From positions 5,766,001-5,830,000 of the forward strand of contig JANJGN010000023.1 in NCBI GenBank assembly GCA_026770705.1: 64,000 nt of DNA, written 5' to 3'. The notes below the pieces were generated by a model, which was given only the letters and a program-made list of their open reading frames with translations, was not told the origin of the DNA and ran no database searches. A program made the position numbers and the translations under genes. This stretch comes from Isurus oxyrinchus. Lineage: Eukaryota. Below, piece by piece: positions 1-11,483 of the stretch. The number at the start of each line of letters is the position of its first letter. Position 1 is the first letter of the stretch.

Positions 1-476
1 AGATTATCATAAATCCCATACGCCAAACCCTGTTGCTCTTGGCCGTAGGAATGCTGATACTGACCCGACCCTGAGACACCACAATAACCGTCTGAAAGCG
101 GATTGACAGTGGATGCTATATTGCCAGTGTACCCCGAGGTTTGAAAGTATGCCCCGTCCGATTCTTGGTTGAAAAAGTAATGGTGATTGTAACCCGGGTT
201 GCAAGTTTGGGTCGTGTAGTTGTTGGGACCTGGACTGACGAATGGGTTCCCCAGACTGGAATAACTGGCTGGCTGGTGCTGATGCTGGAGTGCATTGTGC
301 GCGTTTCCTCCTACTAAGAATCGTCCATCACCATTGCAATTGTCAACGTTACCTGCACAAGGAGCGAAAGCTGTTATCCCTTGTTCTGAATGGTGGTAAC
401 CCTTGGATGAGTAGGCGCTCGTCCCACGATTACAAATTGCGTACTCTAAGAAGGAGTTCATCCTGGTATTGTCCAT
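1..476 (-). CDS. hoxb1: Homeobox protein Hox-B1, coding exon 1 (partial; runs off the window)
   Basis: Manual translation from ATG at 476: MDNTRMNSFLEYAICNRGTSAYSSK...NQESDGAYFQTSGY...LSDGYCG...YGQEQQ, open to base 1. It matches the HoxB1 N-terminus (MNSFLEY..CNRG.SAYS). It is missing from the ORF track because it has no stop in the window. Confidence 0.95.
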   Translation of the reverse strand, partial: MDNTRMNSFLEYAICNRGTSAYSSKGYHHSEQGITAFAPCAGNVDNCNGDGRFLVGGNAHNALQHQHQPASYSSLGNPFVSPGPNNYTTQTCNPGYNHHYFFNQESDGAYFQTSGYTGNIASTVNPLSDGYCGVSGSGQYQHSYGQEQQGLAYGIYDN

Positions 477-661
477 CTGCCAGTGATGGACGGTCAACCT
501 GTTCGGGATTCTCCCTGCCCCTGAAACCCCAAGCACTATGTCACCCAGTAAACTTCCTCCATGGCTCGCTGGCAATCAAACGATATCAGTCAAGAAGACA
601 TTCACGTGACCCCGAGTCACCAATGGCAAGGGACCTCCTGATGTTAGTGAACTGTATGAGG

Positions 662-726
662 TGATCCATCACCGCGGTGACATTTACATCACAAAAGCTT
701 TCAATCAAAGTTATCCGCATCAATCT
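662..726 (-). promoter_or_regulatory. Hoxb1 rhombomere-4 autoregulatory element (b1-ARE)
   Basis: In gene orientation: AGATTGATGC (717-726), TGATTGAAAG (698-707), Sox/Oct-like CTTTTGTGATGTAAAT (682-697), TGATGGATCA (662-671). This is the R1-R2-Sox/Oct-R3 Pbx/Hox arrangement just upstream of Hoxb1. Confidence 0.9.
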
Positions 727-3700
727 GATAGCAACACTTAAACGTCAAATCGGTCTTCAAAAAAAGGGTTGGGGGGGTGGGTGGGGGGAGAAAGTTGGAA
801 TTATTCAAGATTGTCTTTAAAGTGTTAAAAAGATTTGGCCAAAGCGAGAACTACAGCTGCCTACAAACTGGGCATATTATCTTACTGAAGCACAACAGAG
901 CTCAAGTAGGTAATTTAATATATATTTCAATGTTTTATTTGAATAATACAGATAGCAAGGGAAAAACACGTGCTTTATAGGCGATTTGAGCAGTTTTTAT
1001 TTTAAAAATAAACAGGATAAAAGGTGCATCGCATCTCGTTTGACCTCGATTTTAAAATTCTAACGTAGATGGAAATTAATCAAACGGTAAGGCACGAGTA
1101 CAGAAAAATGTGTGGAGGAGAGGTTATAAAATAAAGTACCCGTTTGAAATAAATTACAATGGTCTTTTGACGAATGCTGTGGTGGATTAAAAGCAATGAG
1201 ATGTCCATATGATTTTAGGATATGTAATGTTTCTCATGGGATATTTGATAAAAGGTCTCATAACAAATGTAATACAGATGAATATTACCCTGTTAGAGTT
1301 GCATGTTGCTTAATTACCGTTTTATGTCCCAATTTTGTAACTCGCTGGGATATGCCGTAGAGTCATAAAACCATGGGTTAAATTTAGAATTGTATTATAA
1401 TAAAACATATCCATACAGTCATTTCTGTTCCTTCAGTGAAACTGTACAGGGAATTAAATGAAATACAAAACATTAAAAATACGATGTCAATCCGATAGAA
1501 TACTTCCCATATTTTGAGAGTTCAGCCAAAGATAATGTATATTTAAGAGGCTTATTGCGACGGTGTGGAAGTGACTGCCTTCCGAAAGTAATGCATTCAC
1601 TCAATTCATCAATAATATGATACATTCAAGAAAGTAAGTTAAGTAAATTATATGCTTTTGAATTTTAAAAACAATTTTGTTACAAAAAAACTTTGAGGTA
1701 TTTGTCTTATATACCCTTAGCCTTATCATAAAGTTTCTGGATACCTGTAATAGATGCAGTGCTGACAGCATTACGGGAGAAATCAGTCATCTAATTTCTC
1801 AATTGGTGCCATACATTACTTTCCAGCACTAAGACTGAAGTTTTGACGATTCTACGCGACGGAGGAGAGGGGGAGGGGGCGTTATTCAGTGGATCATAAA
1901 TATTTCCTCATCTAAAGTTTGAAATGCATCTTACCTAAGTCAGCAAACTCAAGTCAACTAAAAGTGGCAGAATAGCCTGACAAAGTGAATGGTGATTATT
2001 CATATTTTGGCGGAATTGAAGGCATCTCAAACAATGTCCTTCACAGTCGAGTTTCGCTAGCTGTCAGGAAATGTACTATTATCTCAACATTTAAGCACGT
2101 TTAATATGTTTGACATAATAAGATGGTTTTCCCTTTACATTCTGGGTTATCACATATATACACACAGTTTAGTGGTGATTAGCTAGAAGCCCGGGGCCTA
2201 CAATTATACTAATTTACTCAGTTAACAGAAAAAGATTAATTGTACAGTATGTGATGTGTCACTGTTGCACCTAGACATTCGAGCTGTTCGTCGTCCGCCA
2301 TCTGTTCGGTTCATGGAGAGCTTATATTTTCTACATAATGATACCTTATCACTGTCACCAAATTCAAGAAACATTATTTTTGCCTTCACTCATTCAGTCG
2401 GTGGATCCATATGTCAAAGGCAGCTCTGGCAGCGAGCAATTTAAATGTTTGATGTCAGCTCCATTTTGCTGCTGCTTATTATTGCATTCTTCCCTTTAGG
2501 GATGGTGGGGTGGGAGGGTGGTGGAGGGAGAAAGAAAAAAATGAGAGTGAAATAAGAATATAGATGAAGAAGTTCAGATACAAAGGGAGGAATGCGAAGG
2601 AAAAGAAATAGGAAGAAAAAGGGACAGGAAGTGAGAAGGAAAGGACAGACGACTAAGTGCTGAGAGAAAGAAAGATGAAGGTGTACAGAAATAAGTGAAA
2701 CAGAGAGAACAATAAAAAAGAGAGAACGAAAGCACGATGGTGCACGAAATGAGCTAGGGAGAGAGACAGGGAAGTTGTTTAAAGGACATAACCATCATTG
2801 AGTTATTTTAAACTGGACGACACTCGCAGATGTTACTTTAACTGTCAGAATTCCGAAAGAGACCCTCAATACCTAATGATGATCTACAAAAAACGCATCT
2901 CTGGATTGCGGTATAACATATAAGTATAAGTAGCTCAGCAAAGTTTTATGGCAGCAATGCCCCAAGCATTGCCATTTGCTGGGGTTTCACTGAACTCATG
3001 ATTTAACACGTGCTGACACAGGATTGTGACTGAGCGCCATTTATGCTGTTCATCTACCGGCTGCTTCTGCAGGGTGCCAGATGTAGCCAGTATTGACCGA
3101 ATAGAGGACCTCTGGCGAGTTAAACTTTTGAGTTAGTAAAATTGTACAACCACTATGAAGCAGAATGCTTTGCTCGTCTTCACTTTATTTGTTGCACTTC
3201 AAGGAAATAGATCTGTGTCTGACTATGCACCCACCGTGTAGCCTTACACCTATCATGAAAGACATTTAATTAATCACTTGAAAATAACTGTACTGACACA
3301 GATTACTTAATAAACTAGTAATTTCCATTTAAACTGACTGTAAATGGAAAGAAGGTGGTTGACGGAAATGAATAGTACTTTCAAGCCATACTGGATTGTT
3401 TATTGATTAGGATAGTTGGGATGCGGGTTAATGCATTTGATACCATATTGTGCAATATTAGTTACAAGCATTTAGCTGAAGTGAACTAAAATGCGTTCAA
3501 TTTTCACTGGTTCGGATTCTAATCTTTGATAAAAGCCAAAAATGTAAAAGCTAAGGTGCATTGCTACGCGAATCTTATCCAACTGGTCATAACCGCAACT
3601 ATATGTTCAGAATTCGTTTTCGCTCACTAAATGCGGAAGTTCTCTCATTGGCAATAACTATTTTCAATTTAGCAGAGAGACAGAATTGGCCTGATTCAGA

Positions 3701-6700
3701 ATTGGAGGACCGCTTTTTTAACGAGATGTTGCGAGTTTGATTTGCTCGCAGCGAATTACAGACGTACAGCATTATTAGCAAGACTTTAAACCTCTCTGTC
3801 AAAATTTTTAAATTGCAGTTGCAAGTGATTCCTCAACAATTCTTGATGTCGATCTCTTTCTTATTTCAACCTCCTTTAGCAATATCTCTGTGATTCGTTT
3901 CATCTCAATGTCTATCAAAGCTGTAGTGTTGGATTCAGTTTACCGAGAAAGGCTAATATCTTTTTTTAAAGAATTAAGAAATGCCTTCTTTGAGAAATAA
4001 AGAAAATGTATATTGTTTGTACCAAAGGCTTCACGACATCTTTTGTAATTCCATCTCTTTGCTAGTGCATCGAATTAGCATTGATACCCTGACGCCGTCT
4101 TCAGGGGGCATTGATGTCTGAGATACCACATGAGGCCCACCTGCCCTACTGAATAAGGGGTAAGACTGCCATGGCTCTAATCACAGAGTAGAGTTCAGTA
4201 TTTTTCTATGCCCCCCTTAGAAATCTTCTTCAGTACCCTGTTATCCCAAGGCTCCAATATAAACCAGATGTGAAGTCCCTTTGGGTCATCCTGTTAAAAT
4301 AATTCGAACATAGAAATGCAAGGGATCAGAATAATTTAAGGGGAAAATCTAGACAAAGGATCAAAGTCTATATGTATGACAAACTTGAAAACAAAGATAG
4401 GTGATGAATGAAGGTGAGATAAATGAAGAAGAAGTTACAACGTGGTTGCTAAAGGCCAGTAGATTATAAGAGGAAGGGAAGATCGAGAAAGAGCTCTACA
4501 GTTTTGAGGCCCTGGTAATGAATGGGTTAAAGAGCCGATGAGATTGTTAGAAAAATAGTGAGAAAGGCGAAATGCTGCATTGCTAAAGTTGGTGTCTTGT
4601 CGAAAATCTGTTGCAAAGCATTATTTTCAGGCAAAAGCATCTCGCACTTCAGTTGCCATAGCGACAGTGGGCTAGCAGTGGTTATCCATGTTCTAAGGTC
4701 TGATGGGATAGCTTATGTGCAAAGGTATACTTACCATAGTTAGTACTTCCCACTATATACAATGGGAGATGAAGTGATTTCCAAAAAAAGAACATTTCAA
4801 AAACGAGAAACCATGTGGTGTGTTGCAGGCTATAATGTTTGAGCCACCATCAATAGACGGTTCAATATAGATAGTTTATAGTAGTCTTTCACTCTTGGGC
4901 ATGATTTGTAGATTTCTGTGTAAACAACAGGCAGCCTCTTTAAAGCGCTATTCACTATATCCCAAGGCTTTTAAAGGTCTAATTTAGCGGCTAGTAATAT
5001 ACAAATCCAGTACCTGACATTTGTCATTCTGACTTATGTAATCGTTTTATTATTGACATTTAGTGTTTAATTGTTAAATTTATTACAGTATTTTTTTCTT
5101 AAATAATATTTAAGTTTTATTTCAGCCATCTGTTTATTGACTTCTCAGTTTTTAAGCCAGAGTACATGAAGAAATATGTCTGAATGATTGATTTTAAATT
5201 TATGAAATTGATCAGAAATTGACAAGTAGGAGGAGAAAAAAGGGATACACTATGTCTTTAAGGAAGGTCGGATTGAATGGTTAGGTCCCATTTATTAAGG
5301 CTGTTCTGTGGGCGTAGAATTGATTTGTAATTGTCACTGGCATGTTCCCTGGACGTGAAGCAAGTTTTACTGGTCATTATGCTATGTAAAGAGGCGCTCG
5401 TTAGAGATTTATATTGATACACGTCAAGGTTTGCACACGTAAGTTGAAGGAGTTTCTACTCAATTAAACTGCCATGCATTTATATTGGAATAAAGCAGAG
5501 CACATAACTCTATGACAAGGTTAAATCTTAGAATTTCTTAGAATGCAGTCTCCGCCCTCAGACTGCATTAAACACATGAACAGAATTCCTTGATTCAAGG
5601 ACGCCAATTTTGCAATTTGTTCTTAGGAACACTTAATAGGAAATGGAGCTATCTCTCGTCCTCACTGTTAACATGCGTCTATCTGCCTTCACCATTGTGT
5701 CTGTCTCTGCCTTTTTCTGCTTATTTCCATCTCTGCATATTTCCTATCTCTGCAGTTGCCCCGCACGTCCTGGTCTCAAACTTTCTTTCTCACTTTTTGT
5801 GCCCTTTTTGGTGTTATTTTTAAACCATTTATTCATTCTTTGTGTTTTTCGTTTTCTCTGTCCATGTCCTCTGTGTTTACTGTTCCTCACGATTCTTCGA
5901 TTTAGATCATTAAAAATGCGAAGAATTTTAAAGATACAGCACTAGCGTTGCCAAACGGAACATTTTCTTGTGTGATTTGCTTTTTTTTTGCATTGAATAT
6001 TATATCGAAAACTCATCGATTAACAAGACTTATGTGCAGTCTGTGCTGCAAGTAGTTTTGAGCAGGAGGCCTAGTTATTCCAATAGCGACAGTACTTAAA
6101 AGATGAAGCAAGGAACAATAAATGAAAAGATGAACGAAAGAAACCAGAGACAAAGGGGGACGGGGCGATAAGTTAAGAAATGATTCGATTTTGTAAGTGT
6201 TTCAAGGCATCTTAAAATCATTACGAAACAAAACTTGAGATTTTAAAACACAAATGAGCAGAGAACAAAAAGGTACAGATAAAAATACTGAAGAATAATA
6301 ATTAGCAAACAGTGAGAGTGTTTTGTGTCTTGCGCCACGGCGCCATTTTGAGGCTGGTGAGGCGGACCTGGTGATCCTGATACTTGCAGCATTTTCTGTG
6401 GATCATTTCCGAAGGCCCTACCAAATTTCTGCCTTTCTTGGGAAACACCCGTGACTAGGCAAATGCGTAATATGATTTATTTTTTTATGTCACTGCGATT
6501 GATTTCTCAAGATGACCCCCCTCATTCATAAAGCAGCTTGATGTATGAGTTTCAGCAAAAAAAAATTACATCTTGTAAATAAACCTCCCTTGGCAGAGCT
6601 TTGGAGGGGGTGGGGCGGAAAGTGGAGCACAATTGCGAACAAAAAATGAACTGATGATCGATGTTACTTATTTTCTGGCGAGTTGCGCGAAGCTTTCTTG

Positions 6701-6939
6701 CTCGCACTCTCTTTCTCGGGCACGTTTCTCTTGCCTTAACCTACATTCTGGCCGCTACCTCTTTTACTGTCTCAGCCGTCCATATGACTTTTTATTTCCA
6801 GTTTTTAAAAATTTTAACTTCTGGTTCTCCAAAGTTTATGTTTAGACCTCCTCGCCATCTTAGTCTGTCGGTCTATCTCGCCATTCATTTTATCGCGTTA
6901 TTTAAAACATGAGAGAACGTGGCAATTGCACCTACTACA

Positions 6940-7160
6940 TACAATCTCAAACCCAGACATTGGTGCAGGCAAGCCGCGGAATTGGGAGGGTTAGCGGCAG
7001 GAAGGGCATCCGGTTGTAAAACCACCCGCCAAATCACTCCCCCCTCACTCCACCCCGACGAAACAAAAAAAAAACGATGGTTGGTATGAAGGGTGACCAA
7101 CCAGCATAGTGGCATTGTGACGACCTTCTGTAACATGGGAAAAAATGAAAGGGAAAGGGC
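6940..7160 (+). mobile_element. Degenerate SINE/retroposon fragment (MetaSINE/HE1-tail-like domain)
   Basis: GGAGGGTTAGCGGCAGGAAGGGCATCCGGTTGTAAAACCACCCGCCAAATC (6985-7035) resembles the GGAAGGGCATCCG..GTAAAA core of widespread fish and invertebrate SINEs. A TGTGACGACC...GGGA tail-like stretch follows. Family assignment is from memory and the boundaries are approximate. Confidence 0.55.
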
Positions 7161-8695
7161 AAGCAATGCCAGATATTTAAAACAACCCATTACGCCAACT
7201 AAACGGGATTAAATTCCAGGAGACCCGTACACAATCAGATAGTTGTTAAATTATTTCAGTGAGGAATGGTTAATGGAAAGAAGCGTTTGGATGCGTGGGA
7301 ACGGAATCAAATTGAACCCCTCCACATTGAACCCCTCCACCCAACCACTTCCACCATCTTCCCCGTGGAGCATCTGTGTCTATAATAAACTTAATGTTTT
7401 CCGCATTTCGATGATCAGTTTTATACTCTAAGATATTTAAAATCCGTTTAAGTTAAACGTAAGATGGAATTTCAAAAGAATGAAATCAATTTTAGTGTAT
7501 GTTGACCATTCTGCCCATCAAGCCTGCAGTAGTCCTTGCTCCATGTTGGAGATGTCTATTTTAATTCAATTTCACACATCTTTTCCTAGGTTTCTTCTTG
7601 AAGTAGTTTTCTATAGAATTACGCTACAATGTTCTTAGAGGGTTCAGGTTTTTTTCAGAAATTGGCGAAATCGGGAAGCTGGAAATCTCAATTCAGCGCC
7701 TGGGTGGGGAGTTGATTGAATAATAGTTGGTCACTTTGATTCTCGAACGGATGGGGGTGGGGAGAAGACGTCAAACACAGAGAGAAATGGCATTAACACT
7801 CCAAATTTGTTAAAATACACATTTGGTCTACCCGTTTCACTAAACCATATACAAGCATCAAGCGAACCATTTACAAAAACATATACAGTAGCTACAGTAG
7901 CTCCAAAGGATGTTAGAACACTTGGTTATCCACATTTTTTATTACTTAGGGCAATGGATTGGCACAACAACTAGGCTAAATAGCACCTGCCATTTTACTA
8001 TTGTAGATCCAGCACGACCAATCCAAGTATTCAGGATAGATAAAAAAAATTCTTAGATAAAAATACTGTGATTTACTTCTGTTAATCAAGTGTGATTTAC
8101 GTTTTTTGTCAATTTACAGCCAATACTTCCTGTGTGAGCTATTTCTGATCTAATTCTTAGTGCACATATTTCGAAAAGAATAACACATTAACAGCCACCT
8201 TGAAACACAGACAGGGAAGTTTCATTAAAGAATTAAGTCGTTTTATTTAAACTATGAAAATAATGTACAATAAATAATTTAAAATTCACTATTTCAGAAT
8301 TTATAATAAATAGGCTACCTCTAAAACATAAAATAACTCGTCACAGTTGTCCTTTTGGGAGCTATAAGATAAAACAGCTTTGCTATAAATACAATTCCGA
8401 TATATGTTTTCCTGAGTTAGTGAAAAGGGGGAATCTACATTTTTTCACGTCTTGACGAATTTAGGAAAATGCAACTGAACAAAACCGTATTTAATTAAAT
8501 ACCTGTGCAATAAAGACTGTAATTCTTGTAGACTCCAGGTCAAGGCTGAAGGATAAATTATTTACTGTGAGATCAATCCTATATCACACAGACCTTTCTT
8601 TAATATCCCACATTATTGTAATTTAAAATAGGAAATAATGAACATATTTTTAAACATGGCTGCATTTCTACACGGGCCTTATGTCTTGCGAATTG

Positions 8696-9411
8696 CTACT
8701 GATAATTAAGGTGCTGCAAGTCTATTGTGCAGAGAGCGCTGGTGAAAAAATCAAAACTGTCCTCGGGGATATCCACAGGGCTGTCGATGGAATCCTGCAA
8801 GCTGGGAGATAATCCATCGGAGAACGGCAGATAGGAATCCGAAGAAAACATGTTTAAATCTGGCAGGGAAACCAAATCCAGGGCCTCCGAACTGAGAGTG
8901 TCCAGACCAGAGCTACAATTTTGACCTGCTGTAAACCCGTTTTCAACACTGGCCGTCACATAGAAGGGACTCTTAGCTTTTCCATCGCTGCCGCACACAG
9001 TCAGATCCTGCAGGTTCTGGAGTTCTTTGCTAAGTGTGTTTTGGCTTTGCTTTTTTGCTTGCTCGGCGCAGTTTTTATTTTCTAAATAAGTTCCTGATGC
9101 TTCGACAGGTTGGCTGTAAGGCGATGACTCCTCGGCTTTGTCCTCTGGAAGCGAGCTGTTAGGGAAACTAGCTTCCCCGTCTTGGTTTTCTTTATACTGT
9201 GCTTGCCTCTTATGCTTCATGCGTCGGTTCTGGAACCAGACTTTAACTTGCCTCTCAGTCAGGTCGAGTAGGGCCGCGATTTCCACTCTGCGTGGCCTGC
9301 ACAGGTATTTGTTGAAGTGAAACTCTTTCTCTAGTTCCAAGAGCTGCGTGTTTGTGTAGGCTGTCCTTAATCTGCGGGAGCTGCTGCTGTTATCCTGTTC
9401 ACCCTGGCCTT
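8696..9411 (-). CDS. hoxb2: Hox-B2 exon 2 (homeodomain)
   Basis: Homeodomain [59 protein letters not shown] (PG2). Acceptor ttgttAG at 9412-9413, stop at 8696. Confidence 0.95.
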
Positions 9412-10029
9412 CTAACAAGAAAAGGGCAGAAAGAGAGAAAGAAAGAAAGACCGTGAGGAGGAGTGAAAGTAAATGTTTAACACGCACATTGAAAAGAAAA
9501 CTGCAATAGCTTCTGTTGGGCAGAAGCCACTCTTTCACAAATTAGGTTGAAATTAACTTTGTAAATGTTTCTTTCTTGTAACCGGTCAATAAGAATCTTT
9601 GCCCTTTAAATAAGTATATGAAAATTGACAAAGTCGTACAGCAAAACACATTCTTGCCCTTTCTCAAGTTGTTGCAGCTGATGAGTTTGACCAACATGGC
9701 CGCCAGAATGCAAATATTAGAATCTACAATGTATCGAAACATTTTGACAACATAAATCGCATATTAAAACAACATTAAATAAAATATTCCAATAAATCAG
9801 CATTTTAGAGCCAGGCACTGGATCCATCAGGCAATTATAAATGCATTTCGTAAATCAAACAGCAGTAAAATCCCAGATTACTCCCGTGCTTTATAAGACG
9901 TTGTCATCTACGATCTAATTGGTAGAGATACCGTACATTAAAGTTTGAGTTTTGTAAATTTACGGATTTTGATCTAAAACAAAAGGCTTGATATAAACGA
10001 TGCATAGAAAGTCTCGGCTTTGGGCAGAC

Positions 10030-10390
10030 CTGTCGGAGACTCCGCTGCTTGAGAGGACCCAGGGACCGGAGCTGATAATGACAAAGGTGTCTCGTTTTTT
10101 TTCGACGACTTTTTCTCTTTCATCCATGGGAACTCGGCCGCGGCAGCAGATGGGAACGAGCCATTTGGAGGCCGCTTTTCGCGACTTGGCCGCGGCTGGT
10201 TGCTGCTGGGATTCAGGCTCGGGATGGTCTGCTCAAAAGGAGGAGGAATTAGTGTCGAGTGTGAAAGCGTCGAGTTCTTGATTGATGAACTTTGAAATGT
10301 ATCAGCGACAGCAGGGAAGGACGTCAGGCACTCGGCGAGCGAAGGCTGGCTGTTAATAAAACCAATCTCTCGCTCCAATTCGAAATTCAT
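10030..10390 (-). CDS. hoxb2: Hox-B2 exon 1
   Basis: [28 protein letters not shown]...EFPWMKEKK. Donor ACAG|GTCTGC after 10030. 361+716 nt gives 358 aa. Confidence 0.94.
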
Positions 10391-11450
10391 GGCCTTCTTA
10401 ATCCCGAATGGAGAAAGTTATGAATATTGCCGGTCGAGAAAAATAATATTTTCAGGCTTTAATTCTGTATCTCTGATATTACAAGGCGTATGGGGACCGA
10501 CTCTATTAAACTGAGGACTAGATTGAAATTGGACCAAATTCGCTGTCACATGATTGGCGTTGCCCAATAGCAATTTGTTGTCTATGAAAAGAAATCATTA
10601 TCTCTGCAATTGATCCAAAAAAGTGAAGAAAAAATTCCACTTTATTTTTACTGTCAGAATTTTAAATTTACCTCCAGATTTGACCAACTCTTCTCGTGTT
10701 TTTTTCGTTATTTTTAAGAAGGCTGAATGTCGATTTTAAAAAAAATTCTGCTTATATCAAAGTATTTTGCAATTCAAGTGAAGACGATTTGCACCTAAAA
10801 TCTGGCGGCTTGAGTAATTAACAAGGTACCTCATTAATCTTCAAAGTTTTGACAAGAGGGCCAGTAACAAAATAGAACTTTCACAAGATCAGCCAGGCAG
10901 TTGCAATTTGCCTGTAGGAAAGTTCCAAACCCTTTAAATGCCCGTATCATTGGGCACAATTCACAAAATGTGCTTTTTCCAATTACCGAACGGATATAAA
11001 TGCTATTACAGTAGCTTTTCAAAGCAGAGAAGAGGTTTCTGAAACCAGGTAAGTATTGGATTTTAATTTGAGGAAGGCTTAAAATAGTGAGAAAACTATT
11101 GAGTAACCATTTTAGCCTATTTGATCTATTTATCCAGGAAAATAATGCTGCAACATGTTTCTATCTATCTGTTTATGTATCTATTCATTCATTCATCTAT
11201 CCCTCTATCTATCCAACCTTTATAGACAGAGTTTTCTTGTTGAGGGGTTGATTTAAAATTATTTTCATCCAAAAACTTGTTTAAAACTACGAAAGTTTAT
11301 CGAAAACTCATTTAAAATTTACTGCTTCATCAAAAACTTGTGACTGCGTGAAACGGAGCCATTAAAAAAAAGTTATTTAAAGACTAGCATGAGAGTTAGA
11401 ACAGAAATCTTTTTTAAACGCTGAACCCAAGGAGGGACTGAAGGCGGCCA

Positions 11451-11483
11451 CGATCAATCTTTCCCCACAGAAGGGTTTGACAG
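11451..11483 (-). promoter_or_regulatory. Hoxb2 r4 enhancer core (Pbx/Hox site plus Prep/Meis site)
   Basis: AGATTGATCG (11451-11460) and CTGTCA (11478-11483) in gene orientation, about 1 kb upstream of the ATG. These are the same two motifs as the mouse Hoxb2 r4 element. Confidence 0.8.

Noticed and set aside
242-664. 140-aa plus-strand ORF
   Set aside because: Antisense shadow of HoxB1 exon 1 and its promoter; no recognisable domain.
5590-5945. Leu/Phe/Ser-rich ORFs
   Set aside because: Products of CT-rich low-complexity sequence.
6885-7190. 101-aa minus-strand ORF
   Set aside because: Overlaps the SINE-like remnant; no coding evidence.
9412-9538. Hydrophobic N-terminal extension of the 280-aa ORF that looks like a signal peptide
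   Set aside because: It is the translated polypyrimidine tract of the HoxB2 intron. The same artefact affects ORFs 54676-55083 and 50714-51001.
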